A DNA stretch of 64,000 bases, taken from an uncultured Actinomycetes bacterium (GTDB lineage Bacteria > Actinomycetota > Thermoleophilia > RBG-16-64-13). Both the position numbers and the translations under genes were made by a program. A model generated the notes under the pieces. That model saw nothing but the letters and a program-made list of their open reading frames with translations. It had not been told where the DNA came from and did not search any database. Each line of letters starts with the position of its first letter. Position 1 is the stretch's first letter. The stretch spans positions 736,001 to 800,000 of the forward strand of contig CAWJDT010000001.1 in assembly GCA_963841735.1 (NCBI GenBank), read 5' to 3'. Positions 49,897-58,909 of the stretch are shown in pieces.

Positions 49897-51726
49897 TCAG
49901 CTGGGGATCTGGTAGGCCCGAGCCTGGACCTCGTACATCTGCGCGTAGCGGCCACCCTGGGCTACCAGTGCCTCGTGGGTGCCGCTCTCCACGATGCGGC
50001 CCTGGTCGAAGATGTGGATGCGGTCGGCTGTCCGCACTGTGGAGAACCTGTGGCTTACCAGTACCACGGACCGGCCGTGGGCCAATGCCTTGATATGTCT
50101 GAACACGTCCCATTCGGCCTGAGGGTCCAGAGCGCTGGTGGGTTCGTCGAGTACCAGGATCTGCGTGTTGCGTACGAAGGCTCGAGCCAGGGCGATCTTC
50201 TGCCACTCGCCCACGCTCAGTTCCTCCCCTTGGTCGAACCATCTGCCCAAGGAAGTGTCGTAGCCGTGAGGAAGAGCGGCGATCACCTCGTGCACCCCGG
50301 CATCGCGGGCCGCCGCCTCGATGGCCGGATCATCAGCGTTTACGTGCACGTCGCCCAGCCGGATGTTCTCGCGTGCCGACAGCTGATAGCGCGAGTAGTC
50401 CTGAAAGACGACGCTTATGTCGCGCCGCAGCCCATCCACGTCGAAGCTACGCAGATCGACTCCATCGAGGGTGATCGCGCCGGAGGTGGGATCGTAGAGC
50501 CTGCACAAGAGTTTCACCAGCGTGGTCTTTCCCGATCCATTCGGACCCACCAGGGCGGTGACCTCGCCCGGCCGGATGTTGAGGGAGATGCCCTTGAGGG
50601 CCGTTCGCTCGGTGCCTGGGTAGCTGAAATCCACCTCATCGAAGCAGATGCCGCCGGTCATGGGCCGGGGCATGGGCCGGGGTTGCACCGGCGACACGAT
50701 GGTGGGCCGCAGAGCCATGAAGTCATCGAAGTAGCTCAGGAACAGACTGTCCTCATAGAGGTTGTTGAAGCCGCGTAGCACCGCCTGCAAGGAACCCAGG
50801 CTGGTCTGGAAGGCCTGGTAGTAGGCCACCATCATGCCCAGGGAGATGTCGCCGCGCACCGTGCGCCAGGCGATGTAGGCGAACGTGCCGAATACCGCAA
50901 GCACCGCGGCGACCCCGGCTGCCAGGTCGGCCAGTGAGCGTCTGACCGTCAGCCCGATGAGCTCCCGGCGCAACTGTCCGCGGAGATCCCGGTACCATCC
51001 GCGAAAGCGCTCTCCCATGCCGAAAGCGCGGATCTCCTTGGCATGGGTGCTGTCGATGAGCAGTTGGTGGGCGTATTCGGACTGTCTCTCCACCGGGGTG
51101 CGGTCCTGTTGCCAGGCGAAGAGCTTGCGGGAGAAGCGCAGGCGCACCAGCGCTCCGGGTATCGCTGCGCCTAGGATTATCAGGCCCACGGCCCAGTGAA
51201 GCTTCAGCAAGAGCGCAGCCATGGCGACAAGAGAGACCAGCGCTTGTCCGGTGCTGGTGAGGTTGTTGACTATGCTGGTGGGACGATAGGGGGCCTCCTG
51301 TTGGGCCCTATGCAGGATGTCGTGATAGCGGGGGTTCTCGTAGTACTCCAAGTCAACGGCTATGGATTGGGAGTGGATGAGGTCGGTGACTTGGTCGGTG
51401 ACGGTCTGGCTGAGCGCCTGGTCGACCATGGAGGCCAGCGACCGCATCACGAGGGCGGCGAGTCCCACGGCGCCGGCCAGGATGATGAGTATCACTACAT
51501 CGCGATAGGTGGCTTCGCTACCGGAGCCCGACGCGGTGATGGCCTGCGACACCTTGTCGACTATGAGCTTGGTCAGCCAGATGGCGGCCAACGGCAAGGC
51601 GCCTTGCAGCACGGTGAGTACCGCGCTCGCGGACGTCCATCCGGGGGCTATCGACCAGACCAGTTTGAGCGCTCGCCCGAGGCGGAGCGCCTTGCGCAGC
51701 GTCGGCCTGTGCCTCTTATCGTCCAG
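49897..51726 (-). CDS. ABC exporter (fused TMD-NBD), probable CTG start
   Basis: [26 protein letters not shown]; GAGGAG RBS before CTG 51726, and no ATG/GTG/TTG upstream of it before an in-frame stop. Confidence 0.88.
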   Translation of the reverse strand: MDDKRHRPTLRKALRLGRALKLVWSIAPGWTSASAVLTVLQGALPLAAIWLTKLIVDKVSQAITASGSGSEATYRDVVILIILAGAVGLAALVMRSLASMVDQALSQTVTDQVTDLIHSQSIAVDLEYYENPRYHDILHRAQQEAPYRPTSIVNNLTSTGQALVSLVAMAALLLKLHWAVGLIILGAAIPGALVRLRFSRKLFAWQQDRTPVERQSEYAHQLLIDSTHAKEIRAFGMGERFRGWYRDLRGQLRRELIGLTVRRSLADLAAGVAAVLAVFGTFAYIAWRTVRGDISLGMMVAYYQAFQTSLGSLQAVLRGFNNLYEDSLFLSYFDDFMALRPTIVSPVQPRPMPRPMTGGICFDEVDFSYPGTERTALKGISLNIRPGEVTALVGPNGSGKTTLVKLLCRLYDPTSGAITLDGVDLRSFDVDGLRRDISVVFQDYSRYQLSARENIRLGDVHVNADDPAIEAAARDAGVHEVIAALPHGYDTSLGRWFDQGEELSVGEWQKIALARAFVRNTQILVLDEPTSALDPQAEWDVFRHIKALAHGRSVVLVSHRFSTVRTADRIHIFDQGRIVESGTHEALVAQGGRYAQMYEVQARAYQIPS

Positions 51727-51857
51727 CCCGTCTCCTCTCCCGGCGGCGCGTCGATCGCACCGCGTCGTCCACTACCGTACAACACTATAGACAAAGTGAA
51801 GGGTCTTGGCGGGGCGGCGTGAAGGAACTGTGAGAGGCCCAGTGGAATTCCTCTTGC

Positions 51858-53108
51858 ATGGAAAGCATATTGAGGGGCGCTTCTGCGACCGACCGGATGT
51901 GGGATGAGAGAGCGCCGCTCTCCGTTCAGCTTCGCGGTCTTCTTGCCTGTGCTCGCTGGGTCCTGGACCGCGACCGAGAGGCGGAGGCGCTATTCGCACT
52001 GGAGGCCTGCGCCGACGTCGATCTCCTCTGTAAGACGGCTATGAGCCAAGGCATGCTCGGTCACCTTCAGCGGCTGGTTGCGGGCCGGGAGGCGGCAGCG
52101 GTCACACCCGGCCTGGCCGAACGGCTGGCCGAGCTGCAGCGGGTATCGGCACAGCGCGCTCTACGCCAGACCGGGAGCCTGCTGCGGGTGTTGGCAAGGT
52201 TGCGAGAGACCGGTGTGACGGCTATGCCTCTGAAAGGCCCGGCCTGGGCCGAGCGTCTCTACGGGGACGTGACTCTGCGTACCTGGGAGGACCTAGACAT
52301 ACTTGTGTCGCACAATCAGGTTCAGCAGGCACGTGAAGCGTTGCTGGCTGAGGGATTCATCGATGCAGGTCCCTTCAATGTTCGTCTGGCGTCAAGAGAG
52401 ACGGGCGGCTGGGGGCAGATCGCCTTTTGCTCCGGCACACCGGGTGTGCAGTTGGAGATCCACTGGGAAGTCACCGCGGGTTTTAGTGCCGGCTCGCTCC
52501 GGCCCGAGTCACTCTTCTCAAGGGCTGTCAGCATGCATCTGCTCGACCGGGAGGTACTCACCCCGCACCCGGTGGACCTGATGCTGATCACGTGCCTCAA
52601 TGGGGCCAGAGATCGGTGGAACGCGCTTGAGAGGATGCTTGGTCTGGCCGTGCAGGTTCGCGGCACCGCCCCCGGTGACTGGCCGAACGTGATGGCCGCG
52701 GCGGGTGCAACGGGCTGCAGACGTCGGGTGGCCATTGGGATAGTCCATGTTTGCCGGGTGTTCGGTCTGGCGGTGCCGGGTGAAGTCACAGAGGTTCTTG
52801 CTCAGGACACGCTTGGGCGGGCCTTGGTTCGTTCGCTTCGGCCGGATACGCTAGATGGGCGCTTGAAGGCTTCTCCCCTCCGTCATCTAAGTCTACTGCG
52901 TTGGCGGTTTGCAACCGAGGACTCCCTCGCCGGGGGGCTGGGGCACGCGACAGTCCGCTTCTTCCGTCCAGGGCCGGAGGACTGGGCCAGCGTCAGGCTC
53001 CCCCCGGCGCTATCGTGGCTGTACTACCCGATCCGGCCGGCTCGGCTGGGTGTCAAGTGGGTGGGGCACCTGCTCCCCGGCTGCCGGGGTTCTATGAGGG
53101 GACTGTAG
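51858..53108 (+). CDS. Nucleotidyltransferase family protein (NTP_transf_5-like)
   Basis: LKGPAWAERLYGD..LRTWEDLDILV, LEIHW. Confidence 0.8.
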   Translation: MESILRGASATDRMWDERAPLSVQLRGLLACARWVLDRDREAEALFALEACADVDLLCKTAMSQGMLGHLQRLVAGREAAAVTPGLAERLAELQRVSAQRALRQTGSLLRVLARLRETGVTAMPLKGPAWAERLYGDVTLRTWEDLDILVSHNQVQQAREALLAEGFIDAGPFNVRLASRETGGWGQIAFCSGTPGVQLEIHWEVTAGFSAGSLRPESLFSRAVSMHLLDREVLTPHPVDLMLITCLNGARDRWNALERMLGLAVQVRGTAPGDWPNVMAAAGATGCRRRVAIGIVHVCRVFGLAVPGEVTEVLAQDTLGRALVRSLRPDTLDGRLKASPLRHLSLLRWRFATEDSLAGGLGHATVRFFRPGPEDWASVRLPPALSWLYYPIRPARLGVKWVGHLLPGCRGSMRGL

Positions 53109-53163
53109 TAAACTGACTAGTTGGCGCAGCAGGGGACCGGCGCGAACGGACTGGAAGGCGGGA

Positions 53164-54765
53164 ATGGCTGAGACACCGGGCAAACGACAGGACACGGTCA
53201 GGCCGGAGGACTATCTGCGGATAGTAAAGGACCGGGCCTGGATCATCATCTTGACGGTGGTGGTGCTGTTCCTGATCGCTTACTTCACCTCCATCCGGAC
53301 CACTCCGCTCTACAGCGCGTCCGCGGAGCTCGTCTACGAGAAGAGCAGCATGAACACTGCTGTCTTTGGCTATGAGATTCTCGGCTACGATTACGATCGC
53401 CCCCGCACCATCGAGACTGCTATCGCTGCCATCAGTAGGAATCTATCGATAGCCGAAGGGGTGAAGGCCCAACTCGGCGCAACCGGTGACGCGAGCAGGT
53501 TCTTGGGCATGGTGAGCGCCTCCGCGTCTGGCGAGACCGACCTAGTCACAGTCTCTGCCATAAGCACCGATTCCGGCGAGGCGGCGGCAGTGGCGAACGC
53601 GTTCGCCGACCAGTTCATCGTCTACCGCAAGAACATGGCCCGCGGCCTCATAGCTGAGGCCCGTGATTCCCTCAAGACAGAGCTGGACTCTCTCTCCGCG
53701 AGTGAAAAGCAAAGCCAGACCGGCCTGCAGCAGCAGGACAGGTACGACTCGTTGCGTATGTTGGAGAGCATGCAGAACGGGGACTTCACGGTTTTACGGC
53801 AGGCAACGGCTCCCGGGGCGCCCTATACGCCGCAAACGACACGCAACGTCGTCCTTGCAGTCGTGCTTGGCTTTGTTCTTGGCCTGGGACTTGCCTTCTT
53901 GCTGGAGTATCTCGACAAGCGCATCAAAGACGAAAAGACCTTGGAGCACGTGTCGGGTCTGCCGGTGCTGGCAAGCGTGCCGGTGGTCGCGGGGGGTTGG
54001 AAGAACGACAAGAAGGGGCGGCGATCAGCGGAGGCTGTCGGTTTTGAGAGAAGCGGGTCAGAGCTGCTTGAGGCGTTTCGGACTCTCCGCTCTACGCTGC
54101 AGTATTTCGATGTCGAAGACAGCCTTCACACCATAGTCATAACCAGCGGGCTGCCCCAGGAGGGCAAGACCGTCACCACTGTCAACCTGGCCATCAGCCT
54201 GGCTCTTTCGGGAAAGCGTGTGGTGGTCCTAGAAGCCGATCTACGCCGCCCCATGATGCACGAGTACCTCAACCTTGAGAACAACACCGGCCTTTCCAGC
54301 GTCCTGGCCGGCAAGTCCTCGGTTGCCAGCGCGCTGCAGCTGGTGCTGATGGATCCCTTCATCCCCGTCAGCACGCGCAAGGACCAGGGCGACCCCGACC
54401 CGGTGTTGCTGCGCAAGAACCTATACTGCGTCACCTCCGGGCCGCTGCCCCCCAACCCCGCCGAGCTCCTGGGATCGTCCCGAATGGCCCACGTCATCGC
54501 CGAGCTGAATCAGATGGCGGACTATCTGCTTATCGACACGCCGCCTGTGCTGCCCGTGTCCGATGCTCTCACCCTCGCCCGGCACGCCGACGCGGTGATC
54601 CTGACGGCTAGGCTGCATTCCACCACTCGGGGAGAGATGGAAGAGGTGCGTGAGCTGGTCACCAGGGCCGGGGTCCGGGTCATCGGTGTGGTCGCCGAAG
54701 GAGTCAAGACCAAACGCGGCTACTACTACAAGCGCCGCTACGGCTACGGGTACGGCTATCACTAG
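53164..54765 (+). CDS. Wzc-like polysaccharide co-polymerase / tyrosine autokinase
   Basis: Two TMs; EAFRTLR, PQEGKT, ADLRRP, IDTPP; Tyr cluster GYYYKRRYGYGYGYH. Confidence 0.92.
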   Translation: MAETPGKRQDTVRPEDYLRIVKDRAWIIILTVVVLFLIAYFTSIRTTPLYSASAELVYEKSSMNTAVFGYEILGYDYDRPRTIETAIAAISRNLSIAEGVKAQLGATGDASRFLGMVSASASGETDLVTVSAISTDSGEAAAVANAFADQFIVYRKNMARGLIAEARDSLKTELDSLSASEKQSQTGLQQQDRYDSLRMLESMQNGDFTVLRQATAPGAPYTPQTTRNVVLAVVLGFVLGLGLAFLLEYLDKRIKDEKTLEHVSGLPVLASVPVVAGGWKNDKKGRRSAEAVGFERSGSELLEAFRTLRSTLQYFDVEDSLHTIVITSGLPQEGKTVTTVNLAISLALSGKRVVVLEADLRRPMMHEYLNLENNTGLSSVLAGKSSVASALQLVLMDPFIPVSTRKDQGDPDPVLLRKNLYCVTSGPLPPNPAELLGSSRMAHVIAELNQMADYLLIDTPPVLPVSDALTLARHADAVILTARLHSTTRGEMEEVRELVTRAGVRVIGVVAEGVKTKRGYYYKRRYGYGYGYH

Positions 54766-54769
54766 AGAC

Positions 54770-55744
54770 ATGGCAGCACCGAAGGAATACTGGCGCTGGA
54801 GCGAAAAAGCCTGGCAGGCCTCCGACCTCGACTGGCGGAACGCCGTTGCCGTCACCGTGGGTGTCGACGTAGGGTCGGTCAGCTCTCAGGCCGTGCTGCT
54901 CGCCGACGGCAAGCTGCTCTCCTTCTGTTCCACCCGCACCGGCTCTTCGAGCCCCGACAGCGCGCTTAGAGCGTTCAAGGGAGCCGCCGAGCCGTTGGGG
55001 CTGACCCTGGACGATATCGCCTACGCCGTGGGCACGGGCTACGGCCGGGTAAACGTGCCCTTCGCTCATCGCACTATCACCGAGATCGCCTGCCACGCCC
55101 GGGGAGCCAACTTCATGGGCGGTCTCAGCGTGCGTACCATCCTCGACATGGGCGGACAGGACTGCAAAGTCATCCGCTGTGACGAGCGGGGCAAAGTGCT
55201 CAACTTCATCATGAACGACAAGTGCGCGGCCGGTACCGGCCGGGGCATGGAAGTCATCGCCGACGTGCTCTCGGTGCCCATCGAGGACATCGGCCGGCGC
55301 TCGTTTGAGATCGACGACGAGCCCCCTCCGGTGAGCAACGTGTGCACCGTGTTCGCCAAGTCGGAGGCCACCTCGCTTCTGCGCGCCGGGTGGAGCGTGG
55401 AGCGGGTGCTCGCCGCCTACTGTGGGGCCATGGCTCAGCGGGTGGCCGGACTGATCGAGCGGATGGAAGTGCAGCCGGAGTTCTTCATCACCGGGGGCAT
55501 CGGTAAGAACATCGGGGTGACCAGGCGGATCGAGCGGCTGATAGGGGTGGAGGCCATCAAACTGCCCGCCGGCTCGGTTCTTGACCCGCAGATTGCTGGG
55601 GCCCTTGGCGCGGCTTTGTTTGCCCACTCCCTGCATCGCAAGGAGCAGAAGAGGGTGACGGCTGAGGTCGCCGCCGTCGGGTCGGACGATGCCGCGGCTG
55701 CGACGCCGGCCGCTGCAGCGACTTCAGCCGGTGGCTTGGAATGA
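54770..55744 (+). CDS. bzdQ: Benzoyl-CoA reductase bzd-type subunit Q-like activase
   Basis: N-terminal EYWRW...DW...GVDVGSVSSQAV; GTGYGRVNVPFA, DMGGQDCK, NDKCAAGTGRG, CTVFAKSE. Confidence 0.75.
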   Translation: MAAPKEYWRWSEKAWQASDLDWRNAVAVTVGVDVGSVSSQAVLLADGKLLSFCSTRTGSSSPDSALRAFKGAAEPLGLTLDDIAYAVGTGYGRVNVPFAHRTITEIACHARGANFMGGLSVRTILDMGGQDCKVIRCDERGKVLNFIMNDKCAAGTGRGMEVIADVLSVPIEDIGRRSFEIDDEPPPVSNVCTVFAKSEATSLLRAGWSVERVLAAYCGAMAQRVAGLIERMEVQPEFFITGGIGKNIGVTRRIERLIGVEAIKLPAGSVLDPQIAGALGAALFAHSLHRKEQKRVTAEVAAVGSDDAAAATPAAAATSAGGLE

Positions 55745-56034
55745 TCTCCAACTACGGATACGAGGACGGCTCGGGCTTCTACTACATCACCATCGATGGA
55801 GACGGTTGCGCGGAGTGCGCGACGCACGGATGTGTGAACGCATGCCCGCAGGCAGTGTATGTGCTCGAGATCGACGACTACGACGACCTCGTGGCCGTTG
55901 TGACCGAGGCGACCCGGCGCAGGCTCCGGGAGACCTGTTCCCCCTGCAAGGTCCCGAACGGGGGCGAAAGCGCCGAGCGCCCCCTGCCCTGTACGGACGC
56001 TTGTCAGACGGGTGCCCTGCGGCACAGCTGGTGA
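55741..56034 (+). CDS. Ferredoxin, BzdM-like
   Basis: MISNYGYEDGSGFYYITID..C..C....C...CP...CSPC...C...C...HSW. Confidence 0.75.
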   Translation: MISNYGYEDGSGFYYITIDGDGCAECATHGCVNACPQAVYVLEIDDYDDLVAVVTEATRRRLRETCSPCKVPNGGESAERPLPCTDACQTGALRHSW

Positions 56035-57158
56035 TGGCGGCGCCGGCTGGATCAAGGGAGACCGGCGACCCGGTTACGATCGAGGTGGACGGCGCGGTTG
56101 TGACTGTGGCGGCAGGGGCGACACTACTCGAGGCGTGCGATGCAGCCGGGTCATACGTGCCCCGGCTCTGTTGGTATCCGGGGCTGGGGTGCCCTGCGTG
56201 CACGGAGGGAGGCGGGACGGAATGCGGTCTCTGTGCCGTGAGCCTGGGCGAGGGCTCTGTTGTGTTCGCCTGCTGTGCCGAGGCGCACGAGGGCAGCCGG
56301 GTGGTGACCGACGACCCGGAGCTGCGGGCTCTGCGGTTGGAGCGGTTGGGCGCCATCCTGGCCCGACACCCCCACATCTGTCTCAGCTGCCCCGACCGCG
56401 ATGGGTGCAGTCGTAACGAGTGCACCTACGGTCATCCACCGGAAGCCCGCTGCTGCGACCGTTTCGGGAGCTGCGAACTGGGCAGGTTGGTGGAATACGT
56501 TGACGCGGGTGTCACGCTGCGCCGCCGCGCAGTGAGCGCGCCGCGCGCCGCGGTCACCGAGGGGCGCATCAGGCGCGAACCGGGGCTTTGTGTGGGCTGC
56601 GGGCGCTGCATCCGCATGTGCGCCGTCTCGCCGGAAGCGGGGCGGGTGTTGATTGCCGTGGATGGGGAGAACCGACCGGTTGCCCAACCGAGGGTGGGCA
56701 ACCTCCGGGAATCCGGCTGCACTTTCTGCGGGCTCTGTGTCATGGTCTGCCCCACCGGCGCCCTGACCGCGCCGGGCGAGGCGGGGGTTCGCTGGCTGGC
56801 CGGCCGTAGGGAGAAGCACAGCCCCGCGGCTCCCACGCTGCCACCGCGGACGCGGATGATGGCCATTCCCGCGGACCTGTCGGCGGTGCCCTGCGGTTCA
56901 GGGCTGTTCAGGCTGCTGGACCAGAACGAACGGGTGCTTCTCATCAGCGGCGTGGCCGATCTGCGCTCGGGAGTGTCAGCGGCCCTCGGCGAGGCGGGGG
57001 GCGAGCAGGCCGCCTTCTTGGAGTTGGAGTTGGAGTCGCTTTACACGCAGCGGGAGACCGAAGCCTTGGCCCAATATGTGCGGGAGCACGGCTATCTGCC
57101 CTCTGGGAACGATCTGGGCGACGACCTATTCGGCGAAGACCTCTTCGGGGACGACTAG
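56034..57158 (+). CDS. Multi-Fe-S protein (2Fe-2S, His-ligated cluster, two 4Fe-4S), BzdV-like but without a flavin domain
   Basis: PRLC..CGLC; HPHICLSC; CVGCGRCIRMC; CTFCGLCVMVCP; acidic tail DDLF. Confidence 0.75.
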   Translation: MAAPAGSRETGDPVTIEVDGAVVTVAAGATLLEACDAAGSYVPRLCWYPGLGCPACTEGGGTECGLCAVSLGEGSVVFACCAEAHEGSRVVTDDPELRALRLERLGAILARHPHICLSCPDRDGCSRNECTYGHPPEARCCDRFGSCELGRLVEYVDAGVTLRRRAVSAPRAAVTEGRIRREPGLCVGCGRCIRMCAVSPEAGRVLIAVDGENRPVAQPRVGNLRESGCTFCGLCVMVCPTGALTAPGEAGVRWLAGRREKHSPAAPTLPPRTRMMAIPADLSAVPCGSGLFRLLDQNERVLLISGVADLRSGVSAALGEAGGEQAAFLELELESLYTQRETEALAQYVREHGYLPSGNDLGDDLFGEDLFGDD

Positions 57159-57632
57159 GTGATGGTTGTCGGCGTGATATCCGACACCCACGGGCAGCTC
57201 TCTCCCCGGGTGAAGACGTTACTGCAGGGGAGCGACCACATCGTCCATGCCGGCGACATCGGTTCCGAGAGAGTGTTGGAGGAGTTGCGGGCCATAGCGC
57301 CCGTGACCGCGGTGCGGGGAAATTGTGACACGGAGGCCTGGGCTCGGGCCCTCCCCGTGCGGGCCGAGCTCGAGCTGGGTGGCGTCCGCATCGTGGTGGG
57401 GCACATCGCGGCCGCGCTGCGGGTCGCCTTCGATTCCCAGGTGGTCATCACCGGCCACAGCCACATGGCGGCGCTCCAGTGGCGCGGGGCGGTCCTCCAT
57501 CTCAATCCTGGGTCCGCAGGACCCCAGCGGTTTGGGCGTATGCGCTCTGTCGCTCGGCTGGTCATCCATGCTGCCGGGGATGACCAGCCGAGCGGTCAGA
57601 TCGACGCCGAGATAGTGAACGCCGAGGGCTAG
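57159..57632 (+). CDS. YfcE-like metallophosphoesterase
   Basis: ISDTHG, HAGDIG, RGNCD, GHSH, NPGS. Confidence 0.9.
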   Translation: MMVVGVISDTHGQLSPRVKTLLQGSDHIVHAGDIGSERVLEELRAIAPVTAVRGNCDTEAWARALPVRAELELGGVRIVVGHIAAALRVAFDSQVVITGHSHMAALQWRGAVLHLNPGSAGPQRFGRMRSVARLVIHAAGDDQPSGQIDAEIVNAEG

Positions 57633-57634
57633 TT

Positions 57635-58846
57635 CTACAAGCTGCGAGCCACGTGGCTGGTGAGTTCGCCGAGCCGGTGGGTGTAGCTGCCTAACTCGTT
57701 GTCATACCAGCCGAACACCTTCACATGGGTGAGTGGCACGCGGTGGACGCCGCCGTCGAGCTTGAGATCGACAAATCCGGTGCGGGTGTGGGTCTCAACC
57801 GCTTCGATAACCACAGCCGCGTCCTCAGCCAGAATGTCGGCCGACACGTTCTGGTCTTCGCTGTACTTGACAAGGGCGTGAGACTCGCCGCTGGCGGCTT
57901 CCTTGTAGATGGCGTTGATCTTGTCGCGGTCCACCGAAACGGTGCCGTCGGGCAGCATCTCGGTCTGGAACGTGACATTGAGAATGACCAGGCTGACGCT
58001 GGCCGTGGGTATGCGCACCGAGTCGGCCATGAAGCCGATGGCGGCTATCTCGGGCATCACGTGCTCCAGCGCCTTGGCGGCGTTGGTGGAGGTGATGACG
58101 ACGTTGTTGGCGCCCGATCGGGTCTTGCGAAGATCGGTAGCTCCGGCACTGGGGACCGTGTCAAGTATCGGCTGGCTGGAGGTGACCGCGTGCACCGTGC
58201 TCATGCCCGCGGTGATCATGTTCTGGGTGAGGTCGCGCACCAGCAGCGGCCGCAGCATGTGAGCGAGGGCGGTGGTGGTGCAGGATGCGGCCGAGACCAG
58301 CTTGTGCTTGCCGGGGTCATAGTCGAGGTGGTTGATCCCCTGGATAAGGATGGCAGAGTCGGCCGGCAGAGGAACACCCTCAAGCTTGCTCTTGAACGGA
58401 GAGCTCTGGACAACCGCCCTTGCCCCGGCGGCTAGGTGGCCGCGAAGTGCTCCCTTGGGGTCGTCCGCCTCGGCGTGCGGATCGCGGAACTTGCCAGTGC
58501 AGTCGACCACCAGGCTGACGCCGTTGTCGCGCCAGGGGATGTCTTTGGGGTTGCGGGTTTCGCGCAGGAAGACGATCTCTTTGCCGTGGGCGCGGATAAC
58601 GCCCATATTCTCATCGACAACTTGGATGTCGGGCTTGGCCAGGTGGCCGCCAAGATAGCGGTGAAGCGGTCCGTACGTGCTGTCCTTGCCTACGTACTGG
58701 GCTATCGAGCTCATAGACGTGCCCACGGGCCGGCCCACGTTGACCACAAAACGATCGAAGCTGTCGTGGCCCAGGTGGTACCAGAGAGTCAGCTTGCCGA
58801 TGCGGCCCAAACCATTGATTCCCAACGTTCGCGGAGCACCCATCAT
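57635..58846 (-). CDS. gap: Divergent glyceraldehyde-3-phosphate dehydrogenase family protein
   Basis: GINGLGRIG, DSTYG, DCTG, ASCTT, TVHAVT, WYDNE. Confidence 0.8.
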   Translation of the reverse strand: MMGAPRTLGINGLGRIGKLTLWYHLGHDSFDRFVVNVGRPVGTSMSSIAQYVGKDSTYGPLHRYLGGHLAKPDIQVVDENMGVIRAHGKEIVFLRETRNPKDIPWRDNGVSLVVDCTGKFRDPHAEADDPKGALRGHLAAGARAVVQSSPFKSKLEGVPLPADSAILIQGINHLDYDPGKHKLVSAASCTTTALAHMLRPLLVRDLTQNMITAGMSTVHAVTSSQPILDTVPSAGATDLRKTRSGANNVVITSTNAAKALEHVMPEIAAIGFMADSVRIPTASVSLVILNVTFQTEMLPDGTVSVDRDKINAIYKEAASGESHALVKYSEDQNVSADILAEDAAVVIEAVETHTRTGFVDLKLDGGVHRVPLTHVKVFGWYDNELGSYTHRLGELTSHVARSL

Positions 58847-58909
58847 TATTCCCTTCTAGCTCATCTCGTTGATCGAGAGTTATCTCCGTACTTGCATGTG
58901 TCGCGGCAA

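Noticed and set aside
51727-51857. Lasso peptide precursor between exporter and nucleotidyltransferase
   Set aside because: No short ORF with a YxxP leader and T-x-G core junction
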